The position numbers were made by a program, and so were the translations under genes. The notes under the pieces were generated by a model, which did no database searches, was not told where the DNA came from, and saw only the letters and a program-made list of their open reading frames with translations. This document shows, in pieces, positions 26,982 through 33,013 of a stretch of 33,013 bases of DNA. Source of the DNA: a virus (Duplodnaviria; Heunggongvirae; Uroviricota; Caudoviricetes). The DNA lies in the IMG/VR virus record IMGVR_UViG_3300014846_000073, one strand, 5' to 3'. Within the stretch, counting starts at the first letter, position 1. Each line of letters begins with the position of its first letter.

Positions 26982-29421
26982 CAATGTAAAATTACAGGTA
27001 TTGCTCAGGGCTGTTGACCAGGCATCCCGCCCGTTTAAATCCATCCGTACAGCGAGTAAGTCGCTGTCGGGGGATATCCGGGAAACACAAAAATCACTGC
27101 GCGAGCTGAACGGTCACGCATCCCGTATTGAGGGATTCCGCAAGACCAGTGCACAGCTCGCCGTGACTGGTCATGCACTTGAAAAGGCACGGCAGGAAGC
27201 CGAAGCCCTTGCCACACAGTTTAAAAACACCGAACGTCCGACCCGTGCTCAGGCGAAAGTGCTGGAATCAGCAAAGCGAGCGGCGGAAGACTTACAGGCG
27301 AAATATAACCGCCTGACGGATTCCGTTAAACGCCAGCAGCGGGAACTGGCCGCTGTGGGAATTAATACCCGCAATCTTGCACATGATGAGCAGGGGCTGA
27401 AAAACCGTATCAGTGAAACCACCGCACAGCTTAACCGTCAGCGCGACGCACTGGCGCGTGTCAGTGCACAACAGGCAAAACTTAACGCAGTCAAACAGCG
27501 TTATCAGGCCGGAAAAGAACTGGCAGGAAATATGGCCTCAGTGGGCGCTGCCGGTGTGGGGATTGCTGCTGCGGGAACGATGGCCGGAGTTAAGCTGCTG
27601 ATGCCCGGTTATGAGTTTGCGCAGAAAAACTCAGAATTGCAGGCTGTGCTCGGTGTGGCAAAAGACTCCGCCGAAATGGCTGCACTACGCAAGCAGGCGC
27701 GCCAGCTCGGTGACAATACCGCCGCCTCAGCGGATGATGCGGCCGGTGCGCAGATTATCATTGCGAAAGCGGGTGGAGATGTTGATGCCATTCAGGCGGC
27801 AACGCCGGTCACGCTGAACATGGCGCTGGCGAACCGTCGCACGATGGAAGAAAACGCCGCCCTGCTGATGGGGATGAAATCTGCCTTTCAGCTTTCAAAC
27901 GATAAGGTCGCTCATATCGGGGATGTTCTCTCCATGACGATGAACAAAACCGCCGCTGATTTTGACGGCATGAGCGATGCGCTGACCTATGCCGCACCAG
28001 TGGCAAAAAATGCCGGTGTCAGCATTGAAGAAACTGCCGCAATGGTCGGGGCGCTGCATGATGCAAAAATCACAGGCTCAATGGCGGGGACGGGAAGCCG
28101 TGCCGTGTTAAGTCGCCTGCAGGCACCGACTGGAAAAGCATGGGATGCACTCAAAGAGCTTGGCGTGAAAACCTCAGACAGTAAGGGAAACACCCGACCA
28201 GTATTTACCATTCTGAAAGAAATGCAGGCCAGCTTTGAGAAAAACCGGCTCGGTACTGCCCAGCAGGCCGAATACATGAAAACCATTTTCGGGGAGGAGG
28301 CCAGCTCAGCCGCCGCTGTGCTGATGACTGCCGCGTCAACCGGAAAGCTGGACAAACTGACCGCTGCGTTTAAAGCCTCAGACGGGAAGACCGCAGAGCT
28401 GGTAAATATCATGCAGGACAACCTCGGCGGTGACTTTAAGGAGTTTCAGTCCGCTTATGAGGCGGTGGGGACAGACCTGTTTGACCAGCAGGAAGGCGCA
28501 CTGCGTAAGCTCACGCAGACGGCCACAAAGTATGTGTTAAAACTCGACGGCTGGATCCAGAAAAACAAATCACTGGCGTCAACCATCGGCCTCATTGTCG
28601 GTGGTGCACTGGCGCTGACTGCTGTCATCGGTGCCATTGGCCTCGTAGCCTGGCCGGTTATCACTGGCATCAATGCCATCATCGCGGCAGCAGGCGCAAT
28701 GGGGGCAATCTTCACGACGGTTGGCAGTGCTGTTATGACGGCCATCGGGGCGATTAGCTGGCCGGTTGTGGCCGTGGTGGCCGCCATTGTCGCCGGGGCG
28801 TTACTTATCCATAAATACTGGGAGCCTGTCAGCGCATTCTTTGGCGGTGTGGTGGAAGGGCTGAAAGCGGCATTTGCGCCGGTGGGAGAACTGTTCACGC
28901 CACTGAAGCCGGTGTTTGACTGGCTGGGCGAAAAGTTACAGGCCGCGTGGCAGTGGTTTAAAAACCTGATTGCCCCGGTCAAAGCCACACAGGACACCCT
29001 GAACCGTTGCCGTGACACGGGCGTCATGTTCGGGCAGGCACTGGCTGACGCGCTGATGCTGCCGCTTAATGCGTTCAACAAACTGCGCAGCGGTATTGAC
29101 TGGGTACTGGAAAAACTCGGTGTTATCAACAAAGAGTCAGACACACTTGACCAGACCGCAGCCAGAACTCATGCCGCCACGTATGGCACCGGTGGTTATA
29201 TTCCGGCGACCAGCTCTTATGCAGGCTATCAGGCTTATCAGCCGGTTACGGCACCGGCTGGCCGCTCTTATGTGGACCAGAGTAAAAACGAATATCACAT
29301 CAACCTGACGGGCGGTACTGCGCCGGGAACACAGCTTGACCGCCAGTTACAGGATGCGCTCGAAAAATACGAGCGGGATAAACGTGCGCGCGCCCGTGCC
29401 AGCATGATGCATGACGGTTAA
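26974..29421 (+). CDS. T: tail tape-measure protein
   Basis: 815 aa, coiled-coil N-terminal half and glycine/alanine-rich hydrophobic segment; P2 gpT size. Confidence 0.9.
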   Translation: MSNNVKLQVLLRAVDQASRPFKSIRTASKSLSGDIRETQKSLRELNGHASRIEGFRKTSAQLAVTGHALEKARQEAEALATQFKNTERPTRAQAKVLESAKRAAEDLQAKYNRLTDSVKRQQRELAAVGINTRNLAHDEQGLKNRISETTAQLNRQRDALARVSAQQAKLNAVKQRYQAGKELAGNMASVGAAGVGIAAAGTMAGVKLLMPGYEFAQKNSELQAVLGVAKDSAEMAALRKQARQLGDNTAASADDAAGAQIIIAKAGGDVDAIQAATPVTLNMALANRRTMEENAALLMGMKSAFQLSNDKVAHIGDVLSMTMNKTAADFDGMSDALTYAAPVAKNAGVSIEETAAMVGALHDAKITGSMAGTGSRAVLSRLQAPTGKAWDALKELGVKTSDSKGNTRPVFTILKEMQASFEKNRLGTAQQAEYMKTIFGEEASSAAAVLMTAASTGKLDKLTAAFKASDGKTAELVNIMQDNLGGDFKEFQSAYEAVGTDLFDQQEGALRKLTQTATKYVLKLDGWIQKNKSLASTIGLIVGGALALTAVIGAIGLVAWPVITGINAIIAAAGAMGAIFTTVGSAVMTAIGAISWPVVAVVAAIVAGALLIHKYWEPVSAFFGGVVEGLKAAFAPVGELFTPLKPVFDWLGEKLQAAWQWFKNLIAPVKATQDTLNRCRDTGVMFGQALADALMLPLNAFNKLRSGIDWVLEKLGVINKESDTLDQTAARTHAATYGTGGYIPATSSYAGYQAYQPVTAPAGRSYVDQSKNEYHINLTGGTAPGTQLDRQLQDALEKYERDKRARARASMMHDG

Positions 29422-29435
29422 GGAGGTGACGAAAA

Positions 29436-29915
29436 ATGATGCTCGCGTTAGGTATGTTTGTTTTTATGCGCCAGACGCTGCCACACCAGACCATGCAGCG
29501 TGAATCAGATTATCGCTGGCCGTCAAATTCCCGTATCGGTAAACGGGATGCCTTTCAGTTTCTCGGTGTGGGTGAGGAAAACATGACGCTTGCCGGTGTG
29601 CTTTATCCCGAACTGACCGGCGGCAAGCTGACGATGACCACGCTCAGACTGATGGCAGAGGAAGGCCGGGCGTGGCCGTTGCTGGATGGCACCGGCATGA
29701 TTTACGGCATGTATGTCATCAGCAGGGTGAGTGAAACAGGGAGTATTTTCTTTGCAGACGGCACACCCCGGAAAATTGATTTTACGCTGTCGCTCACCCG
29801 CGTTGATGAATCACTGGCCGCGCTTTATGGCGATATCGGTAAACAGGCGGAATCGCTCATCGGTAAGGCTGGCAGTATGGCGACCAGATTCACGGGTATG
29901 ACGGGGGCGGGATAA
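29436..29915 (+). CDS. U: tail protein U
   Basis: 159 aa; P2 gpU size and position. Confidence 0.88.
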   Translation: MMLALGMFVFMRQTLPHQTMQRESDYRWPSNSRIGKRDAFQFLGVGEENMTLAGVLYPELTGGKLTMTTLRLMAEEGRAWPLLDGTGMIYGMYVISRVSETGSIFFADGTPRKIDFTLSLTRVDESLAALYGDIGKQAESLIGKAGSMATRFTGMTGAG

Positions 29916-31078
29916 TGCTGGATGCGCTGACATTTGATGCAGGCAGTACGCTGACGCCGGATTACATGCTGATGCTCGACAGCAGGGATATTACCGGCAA
30001 TATCAGTGACCGTCTGATGAGCATGACCCTGACGGATAACCGGGGCTTTGAGGCTGACCAGCTTGATATTGAACTGAACGATGCCGACGGGCAGGTCGGG
30101 CTGCCGGTTCGTGGCGCTGTCCTGACGGTGTATATCGGCTGGAAAGGTTTTGCCCTGGTATGCAAAGGGAAATTTACCGTTGATGAGGTTGAACACCGGG
30201 GCGCACCGGATGTGGTCACCATCCGCGCCCGGAGTGCAGATTTCCGCGGGACGCTCAATTCCCGCCGGGAAGGCTCCTGGCATGACACCACGCTCGGTGC
30301 GATTGTTGAGGCGATAGCCTCCCGTAACAGGCTGGAAGCCAGTGTCGCTCCGTCACTGGCCGGAATTAAAATCCCGCACATCGACCAGTCGCAGGAGTCT
30401 GATGCGAAATTCCTGACCCGTCTTGCAGAACGCAACGGCGGTGAGGTGTCGGTAAAAATGGGAAAACTGTTGTTTCTCAAAGCGGGGCAGGGGGTGACGG
30501 CCAGCGGTAAAAAAATCCCGCAGGTCACCATCACCCGCAGCGACGGCGACCGCCATCATTTTGCGATTGCTGACCGTGGAGCCTATACCGGCGTAACGGC
30601 AAAGTGGTTACACACCAAAGACCCGAAACCACAAAAGCAGAAGGTAAAACTGAAACGCAAAAAGAAAGAAAAACACCTGCGCGCACTGGAGCACCCGAAA
30701 GCGAAACCGGTCACGCAGAAGAAAGCGCCAAAAGTACCGGAAGCGCGCGAAGGTGAATACATGGCCGGTGAGGCTGACAACGTTTTTGCCCTGACTACGG
30801 TATATGCCACGAAAGCGCAGGCCATGCGCGCCGCTCAGGCGAAGTGGGATAAACTGCAACGGGGTGTGGCGGAGTTCTCCATCAGCCTGGCTACCGGTCG
30901 GGCAGATATTTACACGGAAACACCGGTTAAAGTGTCAGGCTTTAAGCGCGTCATAGACGAGCAGGACTGGACAATCACTAAGGTGACACATTTTCTGAAT
31001 AATAGCGGCTTCACGACGTCCCTGGAGCTTGAGGTCAGGCTTTCTGATGTGGAGTACGAAACAGAAGATGATGAGTGA
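29915..31078 (+). CDS. D: tail protein D (late gene control D)
   Basis: 387 aa; start overlaps the U stop (TAATG); P2 gpD size and position. Confidence 0.88.
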   Translation: MLDALTFDAGSTLTPDYMLMLDSRDITGNISDRLMSMTLTDNRGFEADQLDIELNDADGQVGLPVRGAVLTVYIGWKGFALVCKGKFTVDEVEHRGAPDVVTIRARSADFRGTLNSRREGSWHDTTLGAIVEAIASRNRLEASVAPSLAGIKIPHIDQSQESDAKFLTRLAERNGGEVSVKMGKLLFLKAGQGVTASGKKIPQVTITRSDGDRHHFAIADRGAYTGVTAKWLHTKDPKPQKQKVKLKRKKKEKHLRALEHPKAKPVTQKKAPKVPEAREGEYMAGEADNVFALTTVYATKAQAMRAAQAKWDKLQRGVAEFSISLATGRADIYTETPVKVSGFKRVIDEQDWTITKVTHFLNNSGFTTSLELEVRLSDVEYETEDDE

Positions 31079-31159
31079 TGTTTTTGTTTTATCTGTTTGT
31101 TTTATAAGGATAAATTAACTAAAATGGCACCATCAACAAAACCGGAAGAGGTGCTCGCG

Positions 31160-31378
31160 ATGTTTCATTGTCCTTTATGCCAGCATGCCGCACATGCGCG
31201 TACAAGTCGCTATATCACTGACACGACAAAAGAGCGTTATCACCAGTGTCAGAACGTGAATTGCAGCGCCACGTTCATCACTTATGAGTCGGTACAGCGA
31301 TACATCGTGAAGCCGGGAGAAGTCCACGCCGTAAGGCCGCACCCGTTGCCGTCAGGGCAGCAAATTATGTGGATGTAA
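31160..31378 (+). CDS. ogr: Ogr zinc-finger late-gene transcription activator
   Basis: 72 aa from ATG 31160 (MFHCPLCQHAAHARTSRYITDTTKERYHQCQNVNCSATF...) with Cys4 zinc-finger spacing; the ORF-track start at 31097 is an upstream extension. Confidence 0.9.
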   Translation: MFHCPLCQHAAHARTSRYITDTTKERYHQCQNVNCSATFITYESVQRYIVKPGEVHAVRPHPLPSGQQIMWM

Positions 31379-31390
31379 TTAGAAACAGGA

Positions 31391-31417
31391 AGCCCCTCAG
31401 TCGAGGGGCTTTTTTTG
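31391..31417 (+). terminator. rho-independent terminator of ogr
   Basis: AGCCCCTC / GAGGGGCT 8-bp stem with AGTC loop followed by TTTTTTT. Confidence 0.65.
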
Positions 31418-31480
31418 TCGATGTGGTCAATGTGTGGACGTGACCAGAAATAAATCCTTTTATTTCAATTTGTTGTACGT

Positions 31481-31507
31481 AAAAAATAAGCCCGTGTAAG
31501 GGAGATT
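31481..31507. other. attR: prophage right attachment-site core (attR), overlapping the 3' end of cyaR
   Basis: AAAAAATAAGCCCGTGTAAGGGAGATT matches the 27-bp P2 att core as I remember it; sits at the phage/host boundary after ogr. Confidence 0.55.
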
Positions 31508-31567
31508 ACACAGGCTAAGGAGGTGGTTCCTGGTACAGCTAGCATTTTATGGGTTATGTTTTTCAGC
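31481..31567 (-). ncRNA. cyaR: CyaR (RyeE) Hfq-dependent small RNA
   Basis: Minus-strand sequence GCTGAAAAACATAACCCATAAAATGCTAGCTGTACCAGGAACCACCTCCTTAGCCTGTGTAATCTCCCTTACACGGGCTTATTTTTT matches CyaR including its terminator; located between yegQ and the ogr end as in E. coli K-12. Confidence 0.78.
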
Positions 31568-31602
31568 GAAACGGATGATAACCTTAATAAATGCAGCTGT
31601 AT

Positions 31603-31618
31603 GTGATCGGTTTCTAAG
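31603..31618 (-). promoter_or_regulatory. possible CRP-binding site of the cyaR promoter; candidate -10 TATCAT at 31575..31580
   Basis: TGTGA-N6-TCTAA centred about 43 nt upstream of the CyaR 5' end; CyaR is CRP-activated in E. coli. Confidence 0.3.
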
Positions 31619-31651
31619 AATTTTCCATCCGGGAAAAATAATCGAAATTAA

Positions 31652-33013
31652 TCACTTACCGTGTGGGTTACGCGTGGTTTCCCCGGAGAAATTACGCATC
31701 AGCAGCGCGTAATTTAGCTCAAGATCCTGCGGGACCGGGAGCCACACAGTATAACCATCGCCTGGTGCGACCGGCATCGCTTCACCTTTGGCGTTTTCCA
31801 TGTGCTCAAGGGTAAAGTTAATGTTGCCTTGCGGCGTCATCAGCTCAAGGCTGTCGCCAACGGAGAATTTATTTTTCACCGCTACCGCTGCGAGGTCCCC
31901 CTTGCGCTCACCGGTAAACTCACCAACAAACTGCTGGCGGTCAGAAACTGAATAACCGTATTCGTAGTTCTGATAATCGTCGTGAGTATGACGACGCAGG
32001 AAACCTTCGGTATAGCCACGATGCGCCAGACCTTCCAGAGTTTCCAGCAGGCTGGTATCGAACGGTTTGCCCGCAGCGGCATCATCGATAGCTTTACGAT
32101 AAACCTGTGCGGTGCGTGCGCAATAGTAGAAAGATTTAGTACGGCCTTCGATTTTCAGCGAATGCACGCCCATTTTGGTCAGGCGTTCTACATGGGCGAT
32201 GGCGCGCAGATCTTTCGAGTTCATGATGTAAGTGCCGTGCTCATCTTCAAACGCGGTCATATACTCGCCCGGACGCTGGGCTTCTTCGATCATAAACACT
32301 TTGTCGGTTGGCGCGCCGATACCTAGCGTCGGCTCAACATTTTGCACCGGAATCGGCTCGTACTTGTGTACGATGTTGCCAACGTCATCTTCTTTCCCTT
32401 CCTGGACGTTGTACTCCCAGCGGCAGGCGTTGGTGCAGGTACCCTGGTTCGGATCGCGCTTGTTGATATAGCCAGAGAGCAGGCAGCGACCGGAGTAGGC
32501 CATGCACAGTGCGCCGTGAACGAAGATCTCGATCTCCATATCCGGCACCTGATTGCGGATCTCTTCAATCTCTTCCAGCGACAGCTCGCGAGAGAGGATC
32601 ACGCGGGTCAGGCCCATTTGCTGCCAGAATTTCACCGTCGCCCAGTTTACGGCGTTAGCCTGCACCGAGAGGTGGATCGGCATTTCAGGGAAGTGCTCAC
32701 GCACCAGCATAATCAGCCCTGGATCGGACATAATCAGCGCATCCGGCCCCATTTCCACCACCGGTTTCAGGTCACGGATAAAGGTTTTCAGCTTGGCGTT
32801 GTGCGGTGCAATGTTGACCACGACATAAAACTTTTTCCCCAGCGCGTGGGCTTCATTGATGCCGAGCTGAAGATTTTCGTGGTTGAATTCGTTGTTGCGC
32901 ACACGCAGGGAGTAACGCGGCTGGCCCGCATAAACAGCATCTGCGCCATAAGCGAAAGCGTAACGCATATTTTTCAGCGTTCCCGCCGGGGAAAGGAGTT
33001 CCGGTTTAAACAT
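31652..33013 (-). CDS. yegQ: host peptidase U32-family protein YegQ (tRNA hydroxylation factor TrhP)
   Basis: 453-aa minus-strand ORF starting at the last three bases of the window; length and neighbourhood (next to cyaR and an ogr gene) match E. coli yegQ; GC and codon usage host-like. Confidence 0.8.
   Translation of the reverse strand: MFKPELLSPAGTLKNMRYAFAYGADAVYAGQPRYSLRVRNNEFNHENLQLGINEAHALGKKFYVVVNIAPHNAKLKTFIRDLKPVVEMGPDALIMSDPGLIMLVREHFPEMPIHLSVQANAVNWATVKFWQQMGLTRVILSRELSLEEIEEIRNQVPDMEIEIFVHGALCMAYSGRCLLSGYINKRDPNQGTCTNACRWEYNVQEGKEDDVGNIVHKYEPIPVQNVEPTLGIGAPTDKVFMIEEAQRPGEYMTAFEDEHGTYIMNSKDLRAIAHVERLTKMGVHSLKIEGRTKSFYYCARTAQVYRKAIDDAAAGKPFDTSLLETLEGLAHRGYTEGFLRRHTHDDYQNYEYGYSVSDRQQFVGEFTGERKGDLAAVAVKNKFSVGDSLELMTPQGNINFTLEHMENAKGEAMPVAPGDGYTVWLPVPQDLELNYALLMRNFSGETTRNPHGK

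Noticed and set aside
28455-29144. 229-aa minus-strand ORF antisense to the tape-measure gene; similar antisense ORFs at 12782..13381, 19704..20414, 29962..30534 and 11004..11462
   Set aside because: Low-complexity Ala/Ser/Thr/Pro-rich translations typical of antisense frames of GC-rich genes; they overlap confidently assigned structural genes
1-33013. tRNA genes as the integration target, and any rRNA or CRISPR loci
   Set aside because: No cloverleaf-like sequence was recognised near either prophage boundary; the att core instead overlaps the cyaR sRNA, and no regularly spaced direct-repeat array is present

Overview
This window is an Escherichia-type chromosomal segment carrying an almost complete P2-like (Peduovirus) prophage, about 673..31507, read by eye from the sequence and the supplied ORF track. 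The left end is an IS1 copy (1..672, minus orientation, cut by the window edge) that interrupts the phage early region inside a B-like gene, so int/C/cox are not in this window. From there the order is collinear with P2: four small early ORFs, replication gene A, cos, Q and P on the minus strand, then O N M L X Y K lysA lysB/lysC R S V W J I H G FI FII E/E' T U D ogr. The right end is an attR core that overlaps the 3' end of the host sRNA gene cyaR, followed by host yegQ (peptidase U32 family). Three visibly AT-rich accessory islands interrupt the GC-rich phage backbone, each at a position where P2 itself carries non-essential or phage-exclusion cargo: (1) a translationally coupled three-gene minus-strand operon between A and cos (4382..7238), where P2 has tin/old; (2) a single minus-strand three-helix membrane protein between S and V (16917..17702); (3) a roughly 2 kb island between G and FI (22793..24775), where P2 has Z/fun, encoding a protein with a trypsin-like serine-protease triad and flanked by long non-coding stretches. 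I recognise no known defence-system domain in the three-gene operon, so it is the strongest candidate for an undescribed system; the protease island is second. Other observations: tail-fibre gene H is split by a frameshift within a tandem 91-bp repeat, the E/E' -1 frameshift site is intact, and terminator hairpins bracket the islands. No tRNA, rRNA or CRISPR array was seen.
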